A stretch of 64,000 bases of DNA from Anolis carolinensis (GCF_035594765.1 NC_085846.1:74883190-74947189), one strand, 5' to 3'; shown: positions 48,119 through 62,573, counted from the stretch's first letter. Made by a program: numbers and translations. Notes: a model not told the origin generated them from the letters alone.

Positions 48119-51100
48119 TGTATATGGAAAATACTATAATTTAAACAGAAATATACATGACCTGTGCACACTACACAGGTCCTCTGAACTGGATCAGAGC
48201 CTGATTTGTTGATCTAGGCCTAATTCTGTTTGTTTTAGTCTAACCTGAACACGAGTCAACAAGTGCCCAAGGAAGCAAGCAGTGTGTAGTAACTGTTGAG
48301 TAGTCAGTCCAGTCTTGGTCAGTGACAAGATGCAGGATGAAACAAGAGATAGCTAGTCCAAAAGACCAGGTACAAAATTGAGCAGAGAGTAAGCAGGGTA
48401 GTTCAAAATGTAGCCTAGCCTGTCCAAGGTCAAGACAAAACAGGAACATAAGAGAGTACTGCCAAGTAACTAGATAAGACAGATATCAGGACTAGGATTG
48501 AAAGAGAACTGCTGGGATATTTATGACCAGCTCCTTCAAAACCATAAGTGCCTAATGAGGTCAGTGTCTAGAATTTAACTGGTGTTGGTCTTGACTTTTC
48601 TCCCTCGCATATATACTGAGTACCTATATACCAACAATAGTGACCTCTAGGGCAATTTGGCCATAACTTTCCCTATCTGAAGCACATGAACTGATATATT
48701 AACTAGAAAATGGGCAATAAAAAAGAGTAAGATAGGCTACTTCAACAAAATGATAGGAAATTAAAAGAAACAGTGACACCCACTCAGATGGTAATCAACA
48801 ACAATTGCCAAGGGTCTTTCATGAACGGCTACAAAATGAAGAGATGCCAGGAAAAGATAATAGATCAGAACATTTCAATGACCTCATATAATCCTGTTCT
48901 GTAAGAACTGTAGTTGGAAAATGTTTCTTGTCTCAAGTAGCACTGTGAATGAGTAAACTCCTAACCCCTTTCTTCCTCTCTACATCACACCATCTGGGTC
49001 ATGTTGGACTTCTACTGTCTTCTTTTTCCCCTTTTTCTTTTTGTTCTTTAGCTCTCCAGATTGGTGTGAAGCACCTGGATCAATGTCCATTCCACTCCAG
49101 GATCAAACAAGGTTCCTGTGTGGAGCTCATACAAACCAGTTCAGCCTGGTTGTTTTTGTTGTTTGGGGTTCAACCAGATTCATTGCTCTATTGTGGAAGA
49201 TTGTGACTACTCAATTTGTATGTCTGCCAGTTCTGTTTACTCTTCAGGCACCCAATATGGGCAATGCATGAACTAATGCTCTCCTTTTTTTAAAAAAAAA
49301 ATAATACTTGATATTTAAACCAAAGTTCGACTGGGAAGAGCTTCAGGCAAAGGAGACCTCCATATAGTGGACTGTACTCTATCAGTCTTTTGATGAAATA
49401 TTTGTAAAATTAGATACATGGCTACCATGATCAGACCAATGCCAATGAGTCACCATTATTCAGCACATATTCCCACAACCATGATGCATTCCATGGTATA
49501 CTCATGATCTTTCTTCATTCCTGTAATTTAAATGATACCATGGCTCTTTGATATTTTCAGTATTCTTGAATCCATGTACTCTGCTAGGAAGTCCTCCCTC
49601 TAAGAGAGGGATGGGAACATGAGGTCTACCAGATGTTGTTGGGCAATTACTTCTATTATTGGCTATAAGTCCAACAATATTTAATGGTCCACAAATTATC
49701 CCCCCCCCTCCCCTTGAAGCCATGGATGTGAAGAATCTGATATAATTAGTCATCAGTCTTAATTCTCCTCTGACACAATAAAAAAGGGAAAAGTCATCAG
49801 TGACTACAGTCCTGAACATGTTTGGATGCATTTTCATTTATGTTAGCTGAGCCCTGGAGCTTTAATCCTTGGATTTATTCAATTATATCCTATTGTGATC
49901 CTTTTCCTGCTGTGCTTGGTTCTTTTTGAGGAAAAAACATCCCTGTAGCATTGATAGCTTCAGGCTTTTCACTACAGTGAAATATGCTAACCCTTATAAT
50001 GAGCTTTCTTAGACCTTTTTGAGACGAGAGAACAAGTGAGGGAATGAGGAACACAGGCATCCTTCCTGTCCTTGCCCATGTTCCCTTTATCCAAAATAGA
50101 ACTTTTGTGTTGCCGTCCACTGGGAAATGCACATTTGTCCTCAAAAGGAGGGTTTATGCATCTCTTCATGGGAAGCTGATGGGGAGATATAAAAGTTCTA
50201 TTTGGGATCTGATAGGAAAATGGAGAGCAGAAAATGTAAGACAATGATCTTCCTGCTAGGCCACAGATTCCTATCATCCAAAGGTCCTCTTAATCATAAG
50301 ACCAGCCTTGTCTTTAAAAACTGATTATTTTTTTAAAGGATGTATGATAGAGAAGAAGAGAGAAGGAACGGCGGTGATTTCATTAGGAACATTGTGTGCT
50401 TGACATATTTTAGAAATAAGATCATAAATGAGATTTGAGAACGGAACTTCTGCATTCCCTGGCCAATAATTTTAATCTTTCAATCCTTCAAACTGTCAGC
50501 CTGTGACTTTACCAGCAGCTTGCTCATGTATCTCGAGGTAGTTTAAATTTTAAATTTTAATTAATTATAACACTAAAACTAAAAATGTTTCATGTTCCTG
50601 GAAAAGAAGAAAAGAGCCTTCCTAATCTGCCATAAAGGTTTGGGTTGGTTTGTTTTTTTAATGGGATACTGAAGGTTTAAGTGGCCAAAGGAAAAGAGGG
50701 AGGGGAACTGTGAGAGTGTACACAAACAACTCTTTGCAAGCACTTTAACCCTTCTAAGAAGCCAGCCTTCATGAATGACAACTTGTACTGTTCCATTATC
50801 CGGGCTGAGACCACCAGGTGGCAATAAAGAGAGAAAGATAGTCCATTTTAGGGTAGGGGAGCTGAAGGGGAAAAACAATTTCCCCCCATTTTTGCTGGTT
50901 ATTCCCCCTCCCCTCTTTCCATATCATAAAAAGAGTTGTTTCCACAATAGGGTCATGGGTGGGGGGAATAACAGGAAAACAGGGGGAAATTGTCTTCTTC
51001 CTTCAAACCACCCTCCACCCCCATAAAATTTTCTCTCTAGTGCCCCCTGGTAGCTTCTGCTCGGATAATGGAAAGATTCCCAACAAGGTGGTAATTTAGG

Positions 51101-51162
51101 CTTTGACAAGAAAAGCTGGAATGGTTCACCAAAAAGGAGGCAGATTAATTTGGTAGGGATAG

Positions 51163-51485
51163 ATAAAGGTAAAGGTTTTTCCCTGACGTTAAGCCCAGTC
51201 ATGTCTGACTCTGGGGGTTGGTGCTCATCTCCATTTCTAAGCCTAAGAGCCGGCGTTGTCCGTAGATACCTCCAAGGTCATGTGGCCGGCATGACTGCAT
51301 GGAGCGCCGTTACCTTCCTACCGGAGCGGTACCTATTGATCTACCCACATTGGCATGTTTTCGAACTGCTAGGTTGGCAGGAGCTGGAGCTAACAGCGGC
51401 CGCTCCCGCTGCTCCCGGGGTTTGAACCTGGGACCTTTCAGTCTCCGGCTCAGTGCTTTAACGCACTTCACCACCGGGGCTCCAA
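51163..51485 (-). mobile_element. Sauria SINE, full length
   Basis: TSD TTGGTAGGGATAG at 51150-51162 and 51486-51498; CpGs largely retained. Confidence 0.93.
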
Positions 51486-52111
51486 TTGGTAGGGATAGTT
51501 CCAATTAATCTTTGGTCACTCAACTTTTTAAATCTGCTTTGAAAATATTCAAGTTTCTCTCTCCTCCTCCAGTTTCCTTCTTTACCCTCAGTTTACAAAA
51601 ATGAATACAAATAGAATTCAAGATGTAAAAAAAGTTTATACTCCATTAACTCAGCAGAAGGGGGAATAGAAAAAGGCTAAAATGTACTAGTTTGTATGTT
51701 CTCCCTAATTTATAACTTTTGCTATCTTGATTACACTGATGCTCTGAAGGCATTACTAGCCTCATCATAAAGGCCAGACAAAGTGTTCTACTTCGACCGG
51801 CATCCAGGAGGAAAGAGGGAACAGTGGGGAGAATCTGTCACTCTGTGCACAGGTCCTTCTCTGTGCCACTTTCCCCATCACATTGGGAAAGCATTGCCCT
51901 TGCGGAGAGGCCTTGTGCTGTTTCCATTGGAGCCGGCACAACACGGGAAGCCTCCCGTGTTGGGGGGGAGGGAGTGTCAGGTGAAACTTTCACCCCAGTT
52001 GGCGGCAAGGCCTCTGCTGGAACTCACACAACATCATGTGATGTCTGGCATGGGGCTCCATCCTCTATATGGGGTGAAAACATCCTAGGACACTGAATTA
52101 ACCTCATTTGA

Positions 52112-52170
52112 TGAGGTCCCAGATCCTGTCTGATCTTGGAAGCCAAGCAGAGTCAGGACTAATCAATACA
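52112..52170 (+). mobile_element. 5S-derived SINE head remnant
   Basis: CCAGATCCTGTCTGATCTTGGAAGCCAAGCAGAGTCAGG resembles the 5S internal promoter region. Confidence 0.55.
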
Positions 52171-52381
52171 AGCTTCCCTTGCCTTTCAGTGCCTCTCTTT
52201 CCATTGACTTACTCTTTCAATAGATAGAATGTATCACATGAAACTTACAGCAGCATTATCCCTGGATGAAAAAACTTATAATTGCATGACATCATCCTAA
52301 ACCCACTTCAAATCAATCTTCAAGATGCATTGAAGAAGTAGTGGATGAAAACAGCCAAATCCCATTTTAAGTTTTCTGAAC

Positions 52382-53200
52382 ATTATTATTATTATTGTTA
52401 AACTTTATTTGTACCCCGCTAGCCTCTCCTGAAGGACTCGATGTGGCTTACAAAGGCCAAGGCCTCAACACACAATATAACAATACAAAACAAAGGCAAA
52501 TTAAAAGAATTAAAACAGCATAAACCGCAAACAATAACAATACGCTAAAACACAATAGAACTGGGCCGGGCCAGAGTAATGGGTACAAGTTTAAAAGTGC
52601 TGATGTGACAGGTGATATATAAGGCTTATGGGCAAGTGCAGAGTGCGATATGCGATCTTAGTTCTAATAAAGTGCTTATGGGACTTGGTATTGGAGATTT
52701 CCTATTAATCTGGGAAGGCACATTGGAACAGCCAGGTCTTCAAGTTCTTTCTGAAGACTGCCAATGTAGGGACCTGTCTGAGATCCTTGGGGAGGGTGTT
52801 CCAGAGTCGGGGGACCACCACGGAGAAGGCCCTGTCTCGTGTCCCCACCAACCGCGCTTGCGACACAGGTGGGATCACGAGCAGGGCCTCTCCAGATGAC
52901 CGAAGTGAACGCGTGGGTTCGTAGACAGAGATGCGGTCACGGAGGTAGGATGGTCCCAAACCGTTCAGGGCTTTGTAGGTAAGCACCTGCACCTTAAATT
53001 GGGCTCAGAAAATAAATGGCAACCAGTGGAGCTCCTTGAACAGGAGGGTTGACCTCTCTCTGTAAGGGGCCCCAGTTAACATCCTGGCTGCCGCTCGTTG
53101 GACCAGTTGGAACTTCTGAGCCGTTTTCAAGGGCAGCCCCACGTAGAGTGCATTACAGTAGTCCAGTCTGGAGGTGACCAAGGCATGGACCACCCCGGCC
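52382..53200 (-). mobile_element. 5'-truncated L2 LINE
   Basis: VHALVTSRLDYCNALYVGLP...LHWLP and LTYKALNGLGPSYL...RAFSVVVPRLWNTLP...LKTWLF; (TAA)n tail. Confidence 0.93.
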
Positions 53201-53221
53201 TTTTTTGATGTTTTTTATGTC

Positions 53222-53671
53222 CCAAAATGAGCTCAGGCTTGCCAGGGACATTAAAAACGACAAAAAAGGTTTTTTTTGCTTACGTTGGTAGAAAAAGTAA
53301 GAAAAAGGAGGCGATAGGGCCACTGCAAGGAGAAGATGGGGTGATGGTGACAGGGGATAGGAAAAAGGCAGAACTGCTTAATGCCTTCTTTGCCTCGGTC
53401 TTCTCACAAAAAGAAAGCCATCTTCAAACTCAGCAACATGGAATGGACGAAGGATTGGGGGAAATCCAACCCCAAATAGGGAAACAAGTTGTCCAGGAAC
53501 ACCTGGCCACTCTAAACGAATTCAAGTCCCCAGGGCCAGATCAGCTACATCCAAGAGTATTGAAGGAACTAGCGGAAGTTATTTCAGAACCACTGGCAGT
53601 CATCTTCGAGAGTTCTTGGAGAACAGGAGAAGTCCCAGCAGATTGGAGGAGGGCGAATGTGGTCCCTATCT
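53222..53671 (+). mobile_element. CR1 ORF2 internal fragment
   Basis: KAELLNAFFASVFS, KSPGPDQLHPRVLKELA, WRTGEVPADWRRANVVPI. Confidence 0.93.
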
Positions 53672-53925
53672 TGTTTACATTACCTTGGCAATTTTAGAAA
53701 AGGAAAAGATAGCAAGACCAGAACATACTAGAGGGGATTAATTTTATTGTTACTAACCTGCTAACAGGATTCTTATAGTTATAGGAGTAGACAAAGCACA
53801 TGCACTTTAATTTTCCTTTGTTTGGTTCTCCACAATATAAGCTTGAAGGGATCCATCATCCATTAGCTTCTTCCAAACTACTGTACCATTTATTTGAACT
53901 TTAGTATCTGATGAATGCCTCAAAG

Positions 53926-54617
53926 TCTTCTTCTTCTTCATTTGTTCAGTCGTTTCCGACTCTTCGTGACCTCATGGACCAGTCCACGCCAGAGCTCCCT
54001 GTCAGCCGTTGCCTCCCCCAGTTCCTTCAAGTTTAAGCCAGTTACTTTAAGGATACCGTCCATCCATCTTGCCCTTGGTCGGCCTCTCTTCCTTTTTCCT
54101 TCCATTTTCCCCAGCATCATGATCTTTTCCAAGCTTTCCTGTCTCCTCATGATGTGGCCAAAATACTTCAACTTTGCCTTCAATATCCTTCCTTCCAGTG
54201 AGCAGCCGGGCATTATTTCCCGGAATATGGACTGGTTGGATCTTCTTGCAGTCCAAGGCACTCTCAAGATTTTCCTCCAGCACCAAAGTTCAAAGGCATC
54301 TATCTTCCTTCGCTCAGCCTTCCATATGGTCCAGCTCTCCCATCCATACGTTACTATGGGGAATACCATTGCTTTGACTACGCGGACCTTCATTTCCAGT
54401 GTGATGTCTCTGCTTTTCACTATTTTGTCGAGGTTGGCCATTGCTCTTCTCCCAAGAAGTAAACGTCTTCTGATTTCCTGGCTGCAGTCTGCATCTGCAG
54501 TGATCTTCGTGCCTAGAAATATAAAGCCTGTCACAGCCTCCACGTCTTCTCCCTCTATTTGCCAGTCATCAATCAATCTGGTTGCCATGATCTTGGTTTT
54601 CTTGATGTTTAAATGCA
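53926..54617 (-). mobile_element. 5'-truncated RTE (Bov-B-like) LINE with intact ORF end
   Basis: 216-aa ORF with FIFLG..ITADADCSQEIRRRL, YG.ESWT, FELWCWRKILRVPWT, LKYFGH, RGRPRARW; (GAA)n tail. Confidence 0.95.
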
Positions 54618-56477
54618 GTCCTGTGAATATTTTGTTAGAGTAGACTAGATATTCTTTTGGCCTAACAACTACAAAAATCCTCAGTCAGCATGCCCAATGG
54701 CCATGCTGTCTTGGATATTGTATATCAAAATAAGGAACTTTTCCAAATAATAATAATAATAACTTTATTTATACCCCGCCACCATCTCCCCGGTGGGACT
54801 CGGGGCAGCTTGCACAAGGAGAACATGAACAACAATATAGCATAACAATACATACAATATAATTAAACAACAATAAGATTTAAAAACAATTCAACACAAG
54901 ATAAAACAACATCACAGTTACTTAAAATGATGAATTAATAATCATAATATGTCAGTAGAAATTGTTTGGAAAGATATTCAAACAGTATTAGTTTGGCAAA
55001 GTAGTGTTTTCTTCTATTAATTGTTTTGTCAGAGTGACAGATGATTAAATAAACCCTAAGAACCTCAGATAGCAATTTTAAAGTGCTTTTCAGCTAAAAC
55101 TACCAGGCTTTATACATGTCAAAATCAGAGGAAAATTAAATGCAACTTAAGTTTAATTGTGTGAAAAAATAGCCTATATGTCCCTTTAAAAATATAAGTG
55201 CAAATTCTAGTATTTCACCCTCAGTCTTTGTTGCAAAATGTATTTGCCAAAAACAGTGACATTATACGTGATTAAAGAGTTTTTGAACCAAGCTTATTTG
55301 AGCAATACAGAACTTTGTATGCAAAGTAGCATAATGAATTTAACCCAAAGCAGTTTTTCATTGTTATTTATAAGAAGTTACAAAAACAGATTACATCCAG
55401 AGCCAGCATTTCTGCAGTTCTGGAAACATTCATTTTCTTTCAGGCAGTAAATTTGTGGGTTATTTGAAATGTGAATTCTAGAACTCTTTTATACAGCTAT
55501 TCTGTGCACGTTTCCTCTAAAGTAAGTTTTAATAAGTTTAATTAAATTTAGTTCAAAGTACAGATGGAGAAATTCATCAAGTTTAATTTTCAACTGAGTT
55601 TGAACTCTTTAAGTCTCTACTTTTTTTCTGTATCAAATATGTGACTTCTGAAGTTTAGTATGTTATTCAGGAATGAAAGAAATTGATTTCTTTTATCACT
55701 TGTAGTTCAATACGTGCAACTGTTACCAACTATTACACCTGTTCTTGAGACACTAAAGATATGGCCTTCAAAAAGAAAGATGGCAACTGAAATTTAACAC
55801 TGTTAACATGGCCGGAATAATTGGAGTCATAGTTTTTCAAGGTCTTTAGTCTTCTCTGCCAAAGACTGCTTGTGCCTCAGCAAATTACATCTCCCAGAAT
55901 TCCATAACATTGAGCCATAGCAGTTAAAATGATATCAAAATAGATTAATTTTATAGTATGGATGCCCCTGTGAAATTTATTATCTGATCTCCTCCCAGCT
56001 ACAGATCCTTGTTCATACTGTCTAGCAGGGTCTACTAAATACAAATTAACCTTTTCTATGGAACTAGACTGCTGTTAACCTTTGGCTATGATGCTAACTA
56101 GGACTCTAAATCCTTCTGTCTGGTGACCATAGTAATCCCAGTGAGAACAAACCTATTGAACTGTTTGATGAGAAATCAGCACTTATGTAAGTTGCCTCAA
56201 TTTAATGGGGACATCAGTAAGACTCAGGCCAATATCATTGGTTTTAGTGGAAGAATTTACCTATCAGGTACAACTGAACAAAAAAATTAGGGTGAAACAT
56301 TACTCAGTATTAGTCTAATATTAAGGCTGCTTAACCTGGCTCCTTTTATTTTGTCATGAATTCTGGTCTGAAATATACACCTGATTTTGACTGAAGCCTT
56401 ACAAGTGTTTTCGGATAGGAGAATACCTTATTCCATCTCCAAAGCCAAGCAGATGGTAACTGCCCCATTTGTCACCC

Positions 56478-56705
56478 AAAGTGATATAGTTTCAGTGTTG
56501 CAGTAGGACTCTGGGAGACCAGGATTCAAATCCCCACTTAGCTATTAAAATCCTTTGGGTGATCTTGGACAAATCACACTCACTCGGCTTCAGAGGGTAG
56601 TAAAGGCAAAGCATATTTGAGTTAATCTTCTCAAGAAGGTCCCATGATCAGTTCGTCTTTAGGGTTGTCATGAATCAGAAACTACATAAAGCCTACAGCA
56701 ATAAC
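56478..56705 (+). mobile_element. tRNA-derived SINE (third family)
   Basis: GGAGACCAGGATTCAAATCCCC B-box; similar to 3661-3850; remnants at about 16430-16530 and 63600-63712. Confidence 0.65.
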
Positions 56706-58021
56706 AAAGCACCACAGATTACAGATGTCATCTTTTTAGGCAAATGGCAAGCAGTCACGAAGAATTCCAGAAGTGTGAGATTATTATATCAGTCAGGAGC
56801 CCATAATAGAACAGATCAGACTGTCCTGTTTCAATATGTGACTTTGCATGGCCCACAGAGTGACCCATATACCAAGACTTCTTGAAACTCCAAGAAATCT
56901 TTGCAAGCTTTTATGAACGAGCTACATTTTCATTGATTTATTGAGGGGCAGCAGCTGCCACTCACTATATTGCAACATCCATGTCTATTAACCCATACTC
57001 AGAAAGCACTCTCTCTAACTACTGTTTAAAAGCAGTGTTAAAATTATTTTATTTTATTTCTGTTATATCCTACATTGCAATAACACTTTCAAGAACATTG
57101 CAGTTAAGAAGACAACATCAATCTATCAATAGTCTGTTTGATGTAAGTGAAGAGCTCTTGGGGTCTTGCATAAGGTGAAAAGTGAGATAAGCACTGTTTA
57201 AATAAATCAATGGGAGCATAACTGTGCTACATAGGTTTTGCACCAATTAAATTGCCATGGCTTTATATACATACACAAGTGATCATGAAAACTGTAGATC
57301 TTTGAAGCTGCTGAGAATTCTCCTAAAGAGCAATTGCCTCCTGAAGAACACTACAATTCCCAGAGTTCCCTGAAGGAAGTGATGGACTGTCAAACTCATT
57401 TAAGTGTGGAATTTAGATTCTCTCTAAATACTTGCCTTTTGGCACATTTTTGCTCCTTTGGCAGTATTACCTGTGCAGAAGTCGAACGCTTCCTTTCTAG
57501 AAATCCAATGCAGACTGTGATTAATTTCTAAAAATAGCTGCTGGCATTCAAACTTGATAAAATTCAGCCTTCTGAAAATAAAGCCCTTATCAATCCTCCT
57601 CACATATACAAGAGGCATCTCTGGTCCCCCAGTGGTTAAGAAAGGATATTCAGTACACGCTCAAAGAAATTCTCTTCTTTACTTTCCAGGCACTGTCTTT
57701 CAAAATGTGGGGCTGGACACTCCCAGAATGTGAACCAAGTGGTCTTTGGTGCTTCTTCTCATTAAAAATGAGTCTCTGTTATTCGATTGAGTAGAGAAGC
57801 TTCCATCTTTGGCTTTCATATGAGGATGTAAGCAGATGCCTGAGGTGACTGGGAACCTAGGCATCATCAGCTGTGAGAGAAGGAAATACAAAGGATGAAA
57901 AGCAAGCTGGGATCAAAGAATTGAACTGTCAACTAAGCCAACCTCATGACTGAAGGACAAATAAATCACACCCACACAAACTCTGCAAGTTACTTTTCTG
58001 TTGCTCTTGAAGTAGACATTG

Positions 58022-58498
58022 TATTATTTATTTATTTATTTATTTGCAGTATTTATATTCCGCCCTTCTCACCCCGAAGGGGACTCAGGGCGGATTACAA
58101 TGAACACATATATGGCAAACATTCAATGCCAACAGACAAACAACATACAGTATAGACAGACACAGAGGCATTTAACATTTTTCCAGCTTCACGATTCCGG
58201 CCACTGGGGGAGCTGTTGCTTCACCGTCCACTAGTGGCTGTACTTCCTCATTCCTTTCCTCGTGTTTTGCTGGCAGTTTTATGGTGTTGTAAATTAGTTA
58301 AATTAGCCTCCCGCATAAAGCGTACCTAAATTTCCCTACTTGACAGATGCAACTGTCTTTCGGGGCTGCATAGGTCAACAGCAAGCCGGGCTATTTAATG
58401 TTCGGGGGCTTAACCCGACCTAGGCTTCGAACTCATGACCTCTCGGTCAGTAGTGATTTATTGCAGCTGGTTACTAGCCAGCTGCGCCACAGCCCGGC
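58022..58498 (-). mobile_element. SINE with L2-type tail (long variant)
   Basis: Head GGCCGGGCTGTGGCGCAGCTGG...GAGTTCGAAGCC and tail nearly identical to 3431-3660; CpG-rich. Confidence 0.85.
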
Positions 58499-58891
58499 CC
58501 CTTGCCTTTTACTGCCCTTTGTTTTCATGTGGCCAAAAAGGGTCATGCTCTCTGCCCTCATTGAGACCCCTCTGGACCATCTTAACTGAAAATGGAAGTA
58601 TCATCTGAGACAAAATGTTGGCCTGAAGTGCTAACATCATTTTTCTTCGGTATGAATTTTAAGATGTTTGTCTGATGAAGAAGTCAATGAAGCCTTGAAT
58701 GCTTGCATAATGTATTTTGTGCTTTTCACTGGCCCATTTGTTGCATTTTTGCTTTCTTGCTAGCACAGCTACCGTGAAGATGTTTTCTGGAAGATTGCGA
58801 TACAGAACGGTTATTCAAATGCAACAGGTGGTTCTCCTATATTGCTTCCTCCTTCCAGTAGCATCTATTAGACAGTTTTAGTAGTCAAGTA

Positions 58892-59217
58892 GGGGCCTCC
58901 AGTGGCAAAATGTGTTAAAGCGCTCAGCTTCTGAACTTGCAGACCAAAAGGTCCCAGGTTCAAATCCGGGGAGCAGAATGAGCGTCCGCTTTTAGCCCCA
59001 GCTTTTGCCAACCTAGCAGTTCGAAAACATGCAAATGTGAGTAGATAAATAGGTACCGCTCCAGCGGGAAGGTAACGGCACTCCATGCAGTCTTGCTGGC
59101 CACATGACCTTGGAGGTGTCTAAGGACAACACCGGCTCTTCGGCTTAGAAATGGAGATGAGCACCAACCCCCAGAGTCGGACACGACTAGACTTAAAGGG
59201 AAACCTTTACCTTTACC
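58892..59217 (+). mobile_element. Sauria SINE, full length
   Basis: 13-bp TSD TAGTAGTCAAGTA at 58879-58891 and 59218-59230; ACCTTT tail. Confidence 0.93.
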
Positions 59218-62200
59218 TAGTAGTCAAGTAAGGATCCAAAGTGTCTGTCATGCAATTTGATGGCTCCTCTGATGGAGCAACTGCACATAGAAATTCAGTG
59301 CAAATACTTCAGAATGATGTTGCTACCTCAAGTTTAAGCAATTAATGGGCTTATAATGTGGAAAGCCCTATATCGGAAACCAGATAACATTTTTGCTAGT
59401 CAAAGAACAGCAGAGGTAATGTTAAAATGCCCTGAAATGGTGTCAGGCAGCACTTATATACTACTTTTTCATCACAGCGGACTACAGAAACTTCATAAAC
59501 CAAAAATAACAGCAGCTACAATATTATTTTATTCACAGGGCAGTTTTATAACTATAATGCAGAATGAAGCTGGCTCAAGCGTGGAACATCCAAAAAAATG
59601 CACACCCTCAATATGTGCTGCAGCACACATCAAGCGAGAAACAGCATGTTAAAAACTCAATGGAAAATGAGCCAGATAATGCACTCAGGGCCATCAGGGT
59701 ACATCCCATGCAGGGTTCAAAACTGAGATATACTCGGATCATCTGCAGTGAATCAGAGCATCTCGATGGATTGGATAAGGAGAAAACCTGCATTTTCCAG
59801 AGGCTATCTAGCTACAGATACTGCAATTGCTGGATCTAGTTCCAACCTGCAATCAGCCAATACTGTGGCCATGGTTCCAGCCTCAAACTGGTTCCTGCCG
59901 TGTTTGTATAGGTGCTGTACAATAAAACCAGTTTGCTTTAATCCACTTCTAAACTGCATTGAAGTGTCTGTGTAGAACAGTATACAGAAGGAAGAAAACA
60001 TTCAGAGATGTGTGGTTTTCAGTGGTTCACAGGAAAAACATAGCAACTTAAGGAGAACACAGACAAATGTAACCATGTAGGGCTATGCAGAAAATCAAAG
60101 CACAAATGGGAAAGAGCTCTGTAACCGTTAAAAGGCTACAAAATTGGGCAGTCATCTGATTCCATGCAGATTCCCATACTTCAGTACATCCTAATAAAGT
60201 TTGCCCAACTGTGGTTTTGGTTTTCATATTAATGAGAGGATTATAGTGGGCCTTTGGTATCTACTGGGGTTTGGTTCTAGGATCTGTGGATGATGAAATC
60301 CTATCACCTTGTCATATGCAGCACCGGAATATTTGGGTATTGCTGCAGATTGTGGTGATCCCAGCAGCACCTGCCCAGGTGGTGTAGTGATCTATTACCC
60401 TGTGCCCCTCTCCATCCCGACTTCCCCCCGTCTCAGAAAACCTCCTAAATCCAGCTCAACCCATCATTCCTAATGGAAAGAAGAGGAGTTCTCTGGGGTG
60501 TAATGGCAGCTATTGGGCGTCATGGATGAACAACAGAGCACTTGTTGCCGTTGCCAAAAAATAAGTAATGGTGTGCCTTATATAAAAAGGCAAAACCAAG
60601 GTTTGCTTTTTAGGATTTTTTATCCTAAAAGAGAGATGCTTTCAAGCTGTGGATGGTTGTTTTTCACTGATACAAAGAGCCAACTATATACTTTCTCTAT
60701 TGACATGTCCACATTGTAAAGACATCCAACACAGAAATGAATGATTAAACAATCAGGAAAAGTGCATGTGACCCGTTTTTACAGCATAGATGTGACTAAT
60801 GTGCCAAAAGATTTGAATAAAGCCACTTTATTTAATTAAAGAAAATGTTAATATTCGGAAATGAAATATAGACCAATAGATGAGCCATGTAGTTTTCTCA
60901 TCTCATGTGTCACTCTTGTCTGAAACATGATAAAATATATGACGTTATGACTTTATTTGTCAAAGTAGAACCAAAGAAAATCCTCTGCAATATTAATGTA
61001 GACTTCATCTACTGATGATATTGCTAGATTTGATTTGTTCCCCTACTTCTCCCTACAGACAGAAAGTTATATTAGAATATATTTTTTCAGTAACTTTGTG
61101 TTCCCATAAGAAAACAGGACATATTCATTTGTGATTTAGACTTATGGCAGTGAATAACAGGACTGCTCTTTCTTCTTCTCGGTTGCGTTCAATTTTAAAA
61201 CGAGGAGTGATATTCTCCATTTTTCTCTATGTGCCTTTGGATGAAACGGGAATTCCAGTCTCTGAGCATGACATACAGCAAAATATTTCACATTTTAAGG
61301 AATGTAAAGCAGGATAAGCAATTGAAATGTATACAGAATCATAGAACTGAAAGTACTTCAGTGATCATGAAGTCCAACACACTACCAATGCATGAAGTCC
61401 ATTACTACCTTGCTCCAATAAGTGACCATCTAGCTTTTGCTTAAGTTGTGGCAGACAGAAGAATGAAAAGACCACAGCTCCTAAATCTTTAATAGTAATG
61501 CAGAAAAAAAGAATTTCTGCAATCATTTCTTATAATTAAAAGTACATCTAGAATCATGGAGCTATATAGTTGGAAGAGGCCATAAGGGCCATTCAATCCA
61601 ACCCTGACATGAGATGTGTATTTTTGGGAGAGTATGACTTACCCAAGGTCAAGTGCTTAAGCATTAATAAAGATCATATAGGATTCTGGCCAATATTAGT
61701 AGTGGTAGTAAGGTACTCACAATAGTGGCAGTATTTTTAGCCATCCGTATATTTAACAAATGATGGTTAAAAATATTACCAATATTCACACAAGTATGCA
61801 ACAATAGCATTCTTATAGGTAAAGTCTGCTAATGAATGGGAACTATGGTTCATACATGAGTCTGACCGGATGAAGTACAATGAAACAAGTCGGTTCATTG
61901 AAGCTGTAGTTTTGCTTTTCAGAAACATTCCCTCATAAATTCTACTGTTGTTCATCCTGCATCTATAAAACCATGGCTTAACCATAACTCATTACTAAAA
62001 TGGTAATAAAACATTTTTCTGCTAAAAATTTCATGACCGTTGCTTGTGAAATATAGGACTAGCATGCAATAATTCTGGCTTTGAAGGCCACAACAGTCTC
62101 AAGAGACTGGTGAACAAATTTTCTTAGGGAGTTGGGCTGAAAACCTACAATCATTTTATTGAGAATAAAACCCACTGAACTGAATAAGTAAGTGGATAGA

Positions 62201-62573
62201 GTTGTCGTCTAAGCAGACCTGCTGTTAGCCTGCAGTCCTATACACACTGGGATATATATCTTTGCTTATTTTATTATCACATGTATGAATGTAAACATTG
62301 ACCTTCTTCTTCCTGCTTGACAAGATTGCACAAGTTACTTCATTTGTTTGCTTTTCAAACATTCATTGGTTAGATTATGGCATCTTTTTGTTTCCCATTG
62401 TAAATATGCTGTATCAAATTTCACAAGGAGTGGATAAGAGGAACTTAGATGGTTACTCATATATATCTTCAAAGAAGAGGAAATGCATCACCAAGGAAAG
62501 GGATCTAGATAAAATTTGCATAGATAAATAGGTGCTATAGCCAACAGAATGCGGTTTGAGCATTGGACTATTG

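Noticed and set aside
48190-48600. Sequence with old LTR-like texture
   Set aside because: I could not find TG...CA termini with a TSD.
53915-54643. 242-aa plus-strand ORF
   Set aside because: Antisense shadow of the RTE ORF.
57680-57890. Acceptor-like sites on both strands
   Set aside because: All frames hit stops before a donor; there is no evidence to choose a strand.
59564-59839. 91-aa ORF
   Set aside because: No motif or splice support; ORFs of this length are expected by chance.
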